A DNA stretch of 63,335 nucleotides, filler included, from Pirum gemmata (GCA_002812295.1; 19 parts of 19 records of this genome joined end to end with filler, not necessarily neighbours in it); one strand, 5' to 3'; shown: positions 21,908-34,769, counted from the first letter of the whole stretch. A program made the numbers and translations. The notes: generated by a model from the letters alone, not told the origin.

Positions 21908-24900
21908 ATCGTTTTTGTAAAAATAAATAGGGAATACTAATATATGTAAGAAAATATATTTGATATGTATATATGTAACTTTTAAATTTAATTATTACTT
22001 ATTAATTTTTATTTAATTTAATTTATTTAATTTCTTTTATTTTACAACAATTTTCTTTCTTATTTATATTAGTTTTTTGTTTATAATTATATTAATTATA
22101 TTTAATTTGTATTGTTTTTTTTTTTTGTTTTTTTGATTCTTCTTATTTATTTTTTTTTTTTGTGTTTTTTTTATTTTTTATTTTTAAAATACGCACATAT
22201 GAAAGTTTTTTAATTTATGTCTTTACGAAATCATAAATTATTAATAATTTTATTTAAATTTTTATATATTTTTCTTTTCCTATTAATACATATTTGTATC
22301 TTCTTCTCCTCTCTTTTCTTTTTAATTCAATAATGCAATTCTTTTAAAATAAAGTAATTTTTTATTAATTTATACTCTTAGGGTGTTTCATAAAAAAACA
22401 GTAACGACAATAGCAATAGCAATTGAATATAAAACATTTATTAATTAATGTATCTATTTTGCGTATCTATTAAGATTTGGATTTTCACTCTTTTTGATTA
22501 AAATGAACAGACGATATATTTTTATTTTAAACTAAAACATCAAATGCCTTTACAAACTTATAGACTTGTTACCACACAGTAACAAACAAACAAACTGATA
22601 TCACACAATATCATACACACACAGTACTTACATGGGCCTATTGTTACTACACAGCAACAAAATAAACACTAATACCACTCAGTATTAAACACAATAGCAC
22701 ACACTATTACACTCACAAGAAAGTTGAAAAGAATTCCTAAGTTAATTTCTGGATCTGAACAAGTGCTTGATGTTGGAGATTTTAAAGAAGCTTATATTGC
22801 TCCAGCTAACACAAATTCTGAAAAGAAACAGTTTAGTACCAACTCAACGCAACCCCTTGATGATGTGGAGATGATGTGGATGTCCATTTGCACAAACGAC
22901 TAAAACATACCAATCACAGACAAGCCATCCTGTTTATTATATGATATTTTGTAAGGGGAAACAGAACATCTGTCTACAATAGACGCGGGATCGAAACATT
23001 TACTAAGACCAACCTCAGTTTAATGACGTACATCACCCAACACAGCATGTTGGTAAAAAAATTAAAATTACACATTTTAAATTTAGTAACAAAAATTCGT
23101 TGCAGAATAAGATCCGAAATATTCGTGAAAGATCTGATCAGGCGGCTAAAGTTAAACCCAATAATTTCTTAGCTAAAGAAACGTATCAAGCTGGACAAGT
23201 TCCCTTGATGAGATTTTCAAGTGAGAATAAAAAAATAGTCCAAATTAATTTTTCCAACGAGAATAAGAAAATAGCCCAAATTAATACTACTTTCATTAAA
23301 ACATGTCAAAATAATAAGGATTTGGGTGAAAGTAACATGTAACAATCTCATTCAAGAAAATACACGACCAGTCCAATGAGTCCATTCCAACATCCCGTGC
23401 ACAAACTAAAGTTGGATATTTACGCGATATTTGAACAAACAAGCAGATAAAGATATCATAAAATTATTAAAATCTTTCAGATAATTATTCCCACGTCCTT
23501 GTAATTTTAAACTTAAGCGATCATTTTTTAAAAGACATTTTAGCGGATATTTTTGATATAGTATAAATAAATAATTGATAAATTTGATTAACGTACTCGA
23601 TGTTTAGTTTATCGATGTGTTTAACGTTTAACCCACATCGAATGGCAGACATGTCTGCCGATACTTATGAATGGCTTCCAATGACAAAAAAAAAAAAACA
23701 GATTCCCTAAAAACGCCCAACATTTGGATTTCATTAGAATTTTCAGATTTCGAACATAAGTAATGTATTAGGTATTTAATAGATTTGAAATTTTCAAACA
23801 TAAAAAAAAAAAATAGGTCGGGCTTTAATTACTAGTAAAAAAAAGTAGGACGTTTTTAAACTTTTTGCCCCACATTATATGAGTTTTGTAAGTGCATCAT
23901 ATGAGATATTTTTTTAAAATGACGTAATTTATAAAAAAAAATTTGTAAGGGAAGACTAAGGGAAGGTTGACGGAGTGTTGACGGACCTGTTGACGGCTCA
24001 ATGGGCTCTCAGAGTCAAGGAGCTCTCAATGACAGTAGTCCTTTTCAGTTATTTTGTCATCATAAAATAAAGATTACCAAATACTACCAAATTAATACAA
24101 TATAAATCCATTTCATTTAATTTGGTATATTTTATTATCCATTTATTCATTTAACAATGTCAATTAAAAAATTTCAACCAACCAAATAAATATTCAGAGT
24201 GACAAAGTAAATGAAAAACACTACTAGTGTATATCCTACTAGAGTGTATATCATACTATCATAAACTTCAACATGTAATAAAATATCATAATCATAGCTA
24301 GTTACGATTCTTACGAAGTATCGATAGACTAGTTAGTAGTTACGAAGAAGGTATAGCTAGAATAGCTATCATGATACTAGTAGTATCAGATAGTACTAAG
24401 TCTTTATCAAATAATAAAAAACAGCCCAGCTAACTAGCTAGCTAGCTAGGCTTGGGGGGCCAANNNNNNNNNNNNNNNNNNNNNNNNNNNNNNNNNNNNN
24501 NNNNNNNNNNNNNNNNNNNNNNNNNNNNNNNNCTAGCTAGACTTAGGGTACTTAGGCTAGTCTAGCTAGGGTATATATAAAAGGGTAACTACTACTAGCT
24601 AGACAGCCTAGACTCGGTCTAACTTAGACTTAGCCCTTCTTCTCTCAGAATTTGAGAAAGGATTTTAAGTGGCTAACGTTTTTTTAGTTTTTTTAGGGTT
24701 TCTTTGATGGCCAATAATATAAGAGATTTTGATAATTTTTTTAAAAGTTGATTGAATAAAATATTTATTTTCTTTTTTTTTTTTTTTTTNNNNNNNNNNN
24801 NNNNNNNNNNNNNNNNNNNNNNNNNNNNNNNNNTTAATTAATTAANNNNNNNNNNNNNNNNNNNNNNNNNNNNNNNNNNNNNNNNNNNNCCTAACCCTAA

Positions 24901-25694
24901 CCCTCTAACCCTAACCCTAACCCTAACCCTAACCCTAAACCTAAACCTATCAGTCATAATCATACTAATTTCATAGCTCCTTCTCCTACCTAGTAGCTAG
25001 ATTAACCAACCAAATACTCCCTGTGAAAAACTGCCTAGAAAAGGAAAAGCTACCTAGAAAAGGAAAAACTGCTAAAAATAACTATCTAATAAGAAATAAC
25101 TATTCTCAAGAATCCGAATATTACAGTAATATAATACTAGTAATATATTATTATATTTCTCTGAGTCTGAGTCTAGAATTTTACAGTAACTAGTAGTATT
25201 TGGTATTGCTAACTTGTTGGTTGGTTGTCAAGACTTATTATTGTCCAATGGTGGTACATATTCTATTTATAAACCCGGGGTATAGACCAGTGATCAGGCC
25301 TTTTGATTATAGCCCTTATAATTACTGGTTATTATTATCAGATTATCTAAATAGTCAGATAGTCAGATAGATAGTCTACTAGTAGCTACTACACTTATTG
25401 ACTTATATTATTAGCACCTTTGCCTCTTCTAGCACTGTTCTAACTATCGTACTTTTTCTCAGTACTTTTTCTCTTCTACTACTTCTACAGTGAATCTACA
25501 CAGTACTTCAGTACTTTTTCTCTTCTACTACTTCTACAGTGAATCTACACAGTACTTCTCTACACTACACAATCTGCCAATTTTTCACTTTTTATTATTA
25601 TTTGTATTTACTTTCATAATAATATGATAATTAGACTGGATATCGATAACTATATCGATATTACTTTCATACACCCTATCGTTTATTCCATTAT

Positions 25695-25940
25695 AGTTGT
25701 CCTCTCAATATTTAATTTGGTACTTTTTAATTGTATAATTAAACCTATTTATAAAATACAACATTACGTATAAAATACCAAATTAATTAAAACATGCCAA
25801 GTTCAACATACCAAATTATTATTATTATTAAACTATCGGGCATGTTTTAATTAATTTGGTATTTTATAATTATTGTTGTATTTTATAAACAAGTTCAATT
25901 ATACACTTAAACAGTATCAAATTAAATATTGAGTGACGAT
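25695..25940. mobile_element. Foldback/MITE family B (long imperfect inverted arms ~105 bp)
   Basis: 25695-25798 is mirrored by 25839-25940. Related copies at 29732-29938, 49695-49785, 58330-58475, 59290-59543 and 62174-62328, with termini of CAGTTGTCCTCTC type. Confidence 0.75.
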
Positions 25941-28636
25941 ATTAACTATAGCCTACAGAGTATAGAGAAAGAGACTATCATAGACTCATAGTATCAGTAG
26001 TAATTGTTCCCAATTCTGCTCTGTTTAAAAATCGAGATTTCGAGTATATATATTAATTAATAAGTTCGAAATGTTCAAGTTTCCCATTAAGTATTCAAAT
26101 ATATTTATTTATTAATAAACCCGAAAAATACCATAAAAAAGTTTTTTTCGATCGGAGCTGAATTTTGNNNNNNNNNNNNNNNNNNNNNNNNNNNNNNNNN
26201 NNNNNNNNNNNNNNNNNNNNNNNNNNNTAATTATTTTTAAAAAAATTATTGTAGCTGGGGTGGGCAATGTTTTCCAAAAAAAAAAACCCCCAAAAGAAGT
26301 AAGTAAACCAAATTTAACCAATCAAGCCCAATAATAAAATATAAAAAATACAATTAACCGATACGGCGATACTAATACTAAAACTTATTAAAAAAAAGAC
26401 TAACATACCTAACATGTGTACTGTGTACATTTTAAAATTAACACTAATTTTTATAATATTAATATTACTAGGTCTAATACTGACACTAATAATAATAATA
26501 TTAATACTATTTCGAATTCTATTATTAATTATTATTAATAATATTAATTAATTATTAATTATTAATAAAATAATAATATATATCCCAAAAAGTGTCTATA
26601 GAATTTTTAATAATTCTGACTTTCTTGTTAATAATATACCTAGTTTATTTCTATATAAAATAATAATAATAATAATAATATAATCACCATATGTAGTATT
26701 AATAATATTAATTTAATAATCATATTACATTATACTTGCAAATTGCATTATAGTAACACCTAACCCTAACCCTAGTAGTAACGGTACAGTAACTTATAAA
26801 TCACAAAATAAATGAATTTATAATAAATGATAGTCTTAAGTTTTTCAATAGTGTTTTATTATTTATTAATTAATTAATTTATTTAATATAATATTATATT
26901 AATATATATTATACAAATAGCTATTAATATAGACTATCGATAATCATGAGATAACTATCGATATATATAATACTATATGATTTCTGAATTATATTAATAT
27001 CGTGCTTTTCAGTTATTTTGTCGTCATAAAATATACCATAAATAGTACCAAATTAATAATATATAAATCCATTTCATTTAATTTGGTATATTTTATTATA
27101 TATTTATTTATTTTAAAAGCATTAATTTAAATATTATAAACAACCAAATAAATATTCGGAGTGACAAAATAAATACAAAATAAATGAAAAAGTACAATAC
27201 TTGTATATTACATAATATTATTATATCAAGAAGTTCAAGTTGTATCATATTATCATAATAATTAAGATATTAGCCTATTTATTTTTATAAATAATTATTT
27301 ATATCGATTGATTATGAGGCAAATATGAGATCATACTCCAGCTATGGTATAAATAAAAACGTCTGCCTTTTTCGCTTCACCAGCATTTTCAGTTTTCGAA
27401 TATAAGAAGTGTAATAAGTATTTTAATAATTATTTTTAAAAAAAAATAGATTTGTCAAGGGGTAGGTAGGTAATTGGTATTTGACCGGAAATTAACGTCG
27501 AGGGGTATGTAGGTAGGGGTATTTGAAGCTGTATTTGACTGGAAATTGGGGTTACGTAGTACTCAGTATCATATTTGAATTTTGAATGCTCCCTAATATG
27601 GTGCAAATAATTAAAAACGTGCGATTTTTTCGTTTCACTAGAATTTTTAGTTTTCGAATATAAGTAGTGTAATAGGTATTTAATAGGTTTGAAGGTTAAA
27701 AAAAAAAAGTAGAACTTTAATAATAGAATGTTTGCACCATATAAAGATTAGTCTACCAGTAGACTAATGAGGGCTACTAGTTGGGCAGACTAATATTATC
27801 GATAATTAAAATGATAGTTCAGTTAGTACAGTGCTCTTCAGTTGTTTTGTCATCATAAAATATACAATAAATGATACCAAATTAATATAATATAAATCCA
27901 TTTCATTTANNNNNNNNNNNNNNNNNNNNNNNNNNNNNNNNNNNNNNNNNNNNTTAATTAATTAANNNNNNNNNNNNNNNNNNNNNNNNNNNNNNNNNNN
28001 NNNNNNNNNGGTAGGTAGATAAGGGTATTTGAAGCTGTATTTGACCGGAAATCCCTTATATATATTATTCTTATTATTTAAAAAATATTGATGACATTCA
28101 CAAACAAGGCCGATAATAATTATGATATTATTAGTAAAGTCGTGCTTTTCATTTATTTTGGCACTCTGAATATTTATTTGGCTGTTTATAATATTTAAAT
28201 TGATACTTTTAAATAAATGAATATATAATAAAACATACCAAATTAAATGAAATGGATTTATATTGTACTAATTTGGTACTATTTATTGTATATTTTATAA
28301 CGACAAGTCTAGTAGTCTAAAAATGAAAGCTTTTTTCACTTTTAATTTATTAGATAATTTTTTGCGTATTGTCTATAGTAAGTATGATATTACGAGAGGT
28401 AACAAACAACAAGCATAATAATATTAGGGATCGTTCAAATAATACGTCACGTCAAGGGGTAGGTAGGTAGGTGGTATTTGACCGGAAATTAACGTCGAGG
28501 GGTAGGCAGGTAGGGGTATTTGAAGCTGTATTTGATCGNNNNNNNNNNNNNNNNNNNNNNNNNNNNNNNNNNNNNNNNNNNNNNNNNNNNNNNNNNNNNN
28601 NNNNNNNNNNNNNNNNNNNNNNNNNNNNNNNAACAC

Positions 28637-28740
28637 CTAACCCTAACCCTAACCCTAACCCTAACCCTAACCCTAACCCCTAACCCTAACCCTAACCCCT
28701 AACCCTAACCCCTAACCCTAACCCTAACCCTAACCCTAAC
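28637..28740. repeat. (CCCTAA)n array abutting the 3' end of the RT/hammerhead element
   Basis: Tandem CCCTAA after an internal N gap; reads (TTAGGG)n on the element's sense strand. Confidence 0.95.
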
Positions 28741-28802
28741 ACTGTTCCAATTATCCGAAAATCGCACATAATGCTCAACTTAGTCTCCGCACAGAGTTGG
28801 AT

Positions 28803-28963
28803 AACTGGACACTTCAAAACTTAGATTATTTTGGATGCAATTTATTGCACCGAAATATCCAAACTTCTATCCCTAATGGGACCTCTGATGAACAAGGTCC
28901 ATCAGAGGCGTGGTGTTACGCAACAAGTGTTTCGAAACCTTCCCAGATTTCTCGTCAGCAGTC
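28803..28963 (-). ncRNA. Type I hammerhead ribozyme with 110-nt loop III; predicted cleavage after GUC at 28808
   Basis: Minus strand: stem I GACUG (28963-28959); CUGACGA; stem II GAAAUCU-GGGA-AGGUUUC; GAAA; stem III (A)CACUU...AAGUG(U); cleavage-site C; stem I 3' strand CAGUU (28807-28803). All invariant core nucleotides are present. Confidence 0.85.
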
Positions 28964-28976
28964 TTTACGCTGCACT

Positions 28977-29730
28977 TCATACTACGTTAAACATTATATG
29001 TACAATTTTCGCTGTAGGATACTTAAATCGAACAGAAATTTTGGTATCATCAGATATGTTTTTCATTTCTCTATATTTTGTTTTGAATTCGTCCAATAAT
29101 TTTCGATGTTTCGGAATTGCTTGACTCCATGATAAATTCAGAATAATTGTGTTATTTTTCTCAGCTTCTTTATCTTCAACAGATTTTTCTAAAAATGGAA
29201 CAAACTTATAATAACCAACATATTCGATACACCTATCTTTAACACCTGTAGTAACATCACCTTCAACATAGTTACTCCCAAGTTCGACAGATAATATTCG
29301 TCTAATTTGATCTTTATTAGTTGCTCTCATAATACTTCTATCCATATCATTAAATTTTTCAAACTTTAATTTTCTACTAGTATCAAACCTAACCTTATTC
29401 TTTATACTATTAAAATCCCTATGCCTACCATTTTCACTCATTCCGTTTAAAATATTGCTAAAGTAAGCTTGTAACATAGTTATTGTTTGTAGATCATTGT
29501 TCATTCCTTCAATATCTTCTGTATGACAATCATTATAAAATTGAACATACATAAAAGTATTATCATCATTCCATTTTATATTTAACTTTCCTTTAAATAT
29601 TGAGTCCCATAGAAATTTGCTTTCAAAAGAATCACAATTTATTAAATTCTGACAGATATCGTCAACATAGATTCTAAAACTACCATACATTCTTAAAGAA
29701 TCGATATGCCTTCCACCATATCCAGTGTTT
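28977..29730 (-). mobile_element. 5'-truncated reverse transcriptase-like ORF, probably an endonuclease-deficient Penelope-like element
   Basis: Open ~250-aa frame with FRIYVDDIC (RT motif C), a motif D/E-like KLNIKW...TFMYVQF, a thumb-like helical region and a C-terminal ISVRFKYP...IVHIM resembling the PLE linker, then a stop with no GIY-YIG domain. Hammerhead directly downstream; 5' end cut by a family B repeat at ~29732. Family assignment is by eye. Confidence 0.62.
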
Positions 29731-30746
29731 TTCAGTTCAAAAACTGAAACCAAAATTTATTATTATGGTTTTAAACTATCAAACATGTTTTAAAATTAAT
29801 TTGGTATTTTATCCAGTTCAAAAACTGTATGGTTAAACTATATTATCAGACATGATTTAAGTAATTGGGTATTTTATAATTTATGTTAGGTTCAATTATA
29901 CACTTAAACGGTACCAAATTAAAGATTAAGAGGACGATGTAATATTATATAATATTACTTATTAATACCTATTGATATATTTATTATAATACAGCCTCGA
30001 ATACCCCTACCTACCTACCCCTCGACGTTAACTTCCGGTCAAATACCACCTACCTACCTACCCCTTGACGTGGCGTATTATTTATATGATAGTTTTTTGA
30101 AAAGTCTTTGGTTTTTAAATTAAATGACGTCATCCTCCCTTATTTTTTTTTGGTCATTCAAAAAATTAAGTATACCAAAAAATTAGTTATTTGATACAAT
30201 TTTGATAATTTGCTACCATTAAGTATGATTTTCTTTATAAAAAATAATTTTTTAACATACCAAATAAAAAATAAAAAGGATACCAACTCGGATTAGGCTC
30301 GGACCCTTTTATTAGGGCTCGGCTCGACCACCACAAAGCACATGACAACTAGAAAGAATTTATATGCTTTTCAGTTTTTGTCATCATAAAATATACAATA
30401 AAGAGTACCAGATTAATAAATTTTGGATCCATTTACTTTAATTTGGTATGTTTTATTATTTATTTATTGATTTTAAAATGTCAATTTAAAGATTATAATC
30501 CTCCAAATAAATATTCAGAGTGACAAAATAAATGAAAAGAAACAAAACTGTTGAAAAGCACTGTTTAAAATTATAAAAATAGAATAGAACTTTTAATTGG
30601 GTTAAAATTTTGTTATAAATATCTGCAAAGTTTATTTTTTTTTTTAAAAAATAATAAAAAACCTAAAAACCTAAAAACCTAAACAAGAAAAGTGTAGAGG
30701 ACAGCAATAAATTTTGAAAATAAAAAAAAACCAAGAAATCCAAAAT

Positions 30747-31056
30747 ATGTCACCTCGTGACTGTGTAGAAAACGAAATGGCATTGTATTCCGCAAGTTCA
30801 GAGAGATGTTTACAAGATGTTGTTTCGAATTTAAATGAAAGAAATTCTAATCGCAAAAGAAAATCTCTATCAATAACAACCTCGATAACCCCACCTTTAA
30901 CCCCAACCCCAACCTCGTCTTCGCCAACTTCACCCCCTGTTGTAGCAAATTCCCAACCAACAGCTCCAAGTCTAACCTCACCAATTTACCCAACCTCTCC
31001 CCCTATACCAACCTCTCCCCCTATACCAACCTCTCCCCCTATACCAACCTCTCCCC
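30747..31056 (+). CDS. Hypothetical Ser/Thr/Pro-rich protein, N-terminal part (runs into spacer)
   Basis: Open frame from ATG with a basic NRKRK patch and an 18-bp PTSPPI repeat. Confidence 0.45.
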
Positions 31057-31288
31057 NNNNNNNNNNNNNNNNNNNNNNNNNNNNNNNNNNNNNNNNNNNN
31101 TTAATTAATTAANNNNNNNNNNNNNNNNNNNNNNNNNNNNNNNNNNNNNNNNNNNNAATAATAATTATTTGTGTATAATAATATAATAATAATAATTTTA
31201 ATTAATAAAAATAATATCATAATATTAATAATAAAAATTTACAATTAAAAAAAAAAGATATCGATACTAATAAAAAATTGAAGGAAAA

Positions 31289-32010
31289 ATGTCAAGTACT
31301 TTTTGGACTTCTACATTAGCAGTTTTAGCAACTGTTTCTCTAAATGTTTTAGCTCATTCCAATTATTTAACTAACTTACCAAATAACGAAAAAATTTGGA
31401 GCTTGGAATTTAATAAACTTGGACACATGAATCCTGGAGGTGGTGTTCCTTTGAGTAACTTTGGAATGCAGTTTATAGAACATGCTCTTATTTGGGCAAA
31501 GGATGAATGTATGCCAACAAAAACTTGTTTTTGTCATCTAGATTCTGATGGAGATGGTAAAACTAATGGTGAAGAGTTAGGAGATACTGAGTAAGTTTTT
31601 ATTTTTATTATTTTGTTTTTATTTTATTTTATTTTATTATGTTATTCCTAACCCTTTTAACCCTAACATTGTAATTACTCAATTTTATTAACAATATATT
31701 TTTATTAAATAGATGTCGATGGAGATTAGAACAACCAAATGTACCTTTAGGAGACAAGATAACCAACCCTAACATTGATGAAAGAAACAATAATCAGAGC
31801 CCTACGCCTGTGCCAATAGAAGGAGAAGAAGGTACACAAGGAAAAGAAAACGAACCTATTGAGTTCAAATATGATGAGCAATTGTACTTACCATTAATGA
31901 ATGAAAATGATTCTTTAACAACAGGATCGGGTACAACTGGTACCGGTATACAATTAATCGCTGCTCAAGCTACAGTTATATCATCATTGTTAATGGCATT
32001 GATGCTGTAA
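31289..32010 (+). CDS. Temptin-like domain secreted protein, probable GPI anchor (exons 31289-31590, 31713-32010; 199 aa)
   Basis: Signal peptide; GH..PGGG...FG..F...W...CHLDSDGDGKTNGEELGDTECRW...ITNP after a phase-2 GT-AG splice; hydrophobic C-terminus. Confidence 0.82.
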
Positions 32011-32409
32011 TTATTACTACGTGTGTGTGTATACTAAAATAAATGTAATTAAAAAAGTATTAATATTAATATTGTTGTTAGCATTTTTTTGAAGTTATTG
32101 ATAGCAATTTTTTGATGTTATGGACTTATGGTAATTTGAAATTATTTATATTAAATATTGTTGTGTTGTGGTTGTGTTTATTGTTGTGGTTGTCGTTATG
32201 GTTGTTGTGGTTGTGGTTATGGTTGTTGTGGTTGTGGTTATGGTTTTTGTGTGTTTGGTGTTGTTTTGGCTTAATTTATTTACAAATAAAATTTCTTAAT
32301 TTATTTACTCTAATAAAATCCGTTTTAATATTTCTTTTTTAAAATTGCTGCATCACCAATTGTTAAATAAATCACGGATATGACATTTATTATATTCAAT
32401 CAATCAAGC

Positions 32410-32772
32410 ATCTTTGTTGTTTTTTACGTAATTGTCCTCTAGAAGTTGACGCTGAATGTTTAGTGGATAAGTTTATTATTAATATTAGACTCAACCTTAC
32501 CCGTACAATGGAGAATATTGACTGGGGTATAGAAAAACAACCAACTCAAAAACCTCAAGAATCAACTGAAAAACCTCAAGATGCAAATGAAAAACCTCAA
32601 GAACCAAATGAAAAACTCAAGAACCAACTCAATAAGTTGATGATATTGAAGTTGAAAATGATGGTAACATTGCTACAGAATTAACTTAATAATATTGAAG
32701 TTGAAAATACAGAATCAACAAAAAATATCATATTTGCTTCTTCTCTTTTGTGTACGTTGTTTTAGTTAAGTA
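32410..32772 (+). pseudogene. Possible decayed surface-protein gene (EKPQE repeats, frameshifts, hydrophobic end)
   Basis: 21-bp repeat encoding (N/T)EKPQ(E/D); acidic frame broken by a frameshift and stops; ends IIFASSLLCTLFLVK*. Confidence 0.3.
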
Positions 32773-33343
32773 GTTTTCAATTTAAAAAAGCCATAATATT
32801 ATTGGAAATACATAACGATGTACGGTGTTTCTTTAAAACCAAAATGTTAATAAGATTGTTTTTATGTACATTTTACTTTGAACTAACATGAGTCTTATTA
32901 ACACTATCCATTAAATAGCATCCTTATTCTCTACATTTGGTAATATATTATATAAATGTGGTAGTTTATTAATAAATTTGGTAGTAAAACTAATAAATTT
33001 AGTAATAATATATATAGGTTTTTTTGAAAATATTCAGTTAGCAGCTAAACTTAATATTAATACTTCATTTTTTCAAGGTCACTGAATTACATTGTTTAAA
33101 TTTATAAAATTAATTATTTAATATATTATAATATAATGGTATACTTGGGTATTCACATAATAAATATAATATTTATATTATAATCATATATAATATAATA
33201 TAATAATTAATATCATTTTTATTTATATATTTTAAATTTTAATATAATATAATATTTCTGTATAATATAATATAATATATTAAGATTGTTGTATAATTAA
33301 TATATCAATCACGTGTAAAATGCCAATCATTGGACAAATATAT

Positions 33344-34072
33344 TTATTGTAATAAAGAGTTTACTCCAACTACCACAAAAGTAAGTATTAATGAACTTAC
33401 ACTCGTTAAAGTATCACCGGCTGATCCTAAGTACTCTAGATCATTAGCCACTTCTGTAACCATCACGTATCTAGTAGTTGTAAAAACTTTGCATTGAGTA
33501 TCAGTATCAGTAGTATCAGTGCCAGTGTCAGGGGTGTTTCCATCTACACCAATTATTGGCTTATTCATAAGTGGAAGGGTTAATGTTTTATCAAACACTA
33601 GCTCTACAAGCTCTGCTTTATCCACTGTAGGTTCTTCTTTATCCACAGTAGGCTCTTCTTTATCCACTGTAGGTTCTTCTTTATCCACTGTAGGTTCTTC
33701 TTTTTCCTCATTAAAGTCGTTTTTGTCGTTTGGGTTCGTAATTTTATCTTTGAACCTTGGTTCATCACCTTCCTTCCATTCACAATCAGGATCACCAAGT
33801 TCCACTCCGTTTGGCACACCATCCCCATCAGAGTCTAGCTGGCATAAATCTTTAGTCCACTTTTTGCCATTTGCTAAAAAGTCTTCACCAAACTTGGATA
33901 TTGGTCTTTTACCTCCTTGATTGCTGTCATGACCTATAGCTGGAGCAGGCAACAAATTAACATTAGGGAGTTTGTTCATAAATTCGAGCTTACCCATCGT
34001 TTGTGTTAATAAAAAACTTGCTATAACAACCAACGTAAATGTAGGTTTCTTACAATTAATATTAAAAAACAT
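33344..34072 (-). CDS. Temptin-like domain secreted protein, probable GPI anchor; paralog of 31289-32010
   Basis: Intronless 242 aa; LCQLDSDGDGVPNGVELGDPDCEW...ITNP; four EEPTVDK repeats; shared L.LPLMN motif; hydrophobic C-terminus. Confidence 0.87.
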   Translation of the reverse strand: MFFNINCKKPTFTLVVIASFLLTQTMGKLEFMNKLPNVNLLPAPAIGHDSNQGGKRPISKFGEDFLANGKKWTKDLCQLDSDGDGVPNGVELGDPDCEWKEGDEPRFKDKITNPNDKNDFNEEKEEPTVDKEEPTVDKEEPTVDKEEPTVDKAELVELVFDKTLTLPLMNKPIIGVDGNTPDTGTDTTDTDTQCKVFTTTRYVMVTEVANDLEYLGSAGDTLTSVSSLILTFVVVGVNSLLQ

Positions 34073-34363
34073 TTTAATTAATTATTAAAAGTTATTGGAA
34101 TAATAATATTTGGTTTTTGTTTTTTTTTATTTTCTATTTTTTTTTGATTTTGTAGTATTTTGTCCAAACACAGCAGGATCTTATTTTGTTTTATTTATTT
34201 ATTTATTTATTTTGTTTTTTTTTTTGTTTTNNNNNNNNNNNNNNNNNNNNNNNNNNNNNNNNNNNNNNNNNNNNTTAATTAATTAANNNNNNNNNNNNNN
34301 NNNNNNNNNNNNNNNNNNNNNNNNNNNNNNAGTTTTTATTGCACCTATCAATTAAACCTTAAT

Positions 34364-34443
34364 AATAACAATAACAATAACAATAACAATAACAATAACA
34401 ATAACAATAACAATAACAATAACAATAACAATAACAATAACAA

Positions 34444-34477
<34 letters not shown>

Positions 34478-34565
34478 GGTGCTGCTGCTGCTGCTGCTGC
34501 TACTACTGCTACTACTGCTACTACTGCTGCTACTACTACTTCTACTACTACTTCTACTACTACTT

Positions 34566-34630
<65 letters not shown>

Positions 34631-34662
34631 GCTGCTGCGTTTTTGTTTCGTTTTGTTTTGTG

Positions 34663-34700
<38 letters not shown>

Positions 34701-34769
34701 GCTGCTGCTACTACTACTACTACTACTAATACCGTCGCCACCACCACCACCACTATCACTACCACCACG

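Noticed and set aside
22700..23500. Coding-like degenerate region, possible transposase remnant
   Set aside because: No DDE, HTH or other motif could be reconstructed by eye.
28878..28945. Second hammerhead on the + strand (CTGATGA at ~28885, GAAA at 28934)
   Set aside because: No stem II closes directly between CUGAUGA and GAAA, and no matching stem III/NUH was found.
28965..28979. TGA of the RT-like ORF read as selenocysteine, with the structured 3' region as a SECIS
   Set aside because: No SECIS AUGA/GA quartet with apical AA was recognisable; the structure is explained by the hammerhead.
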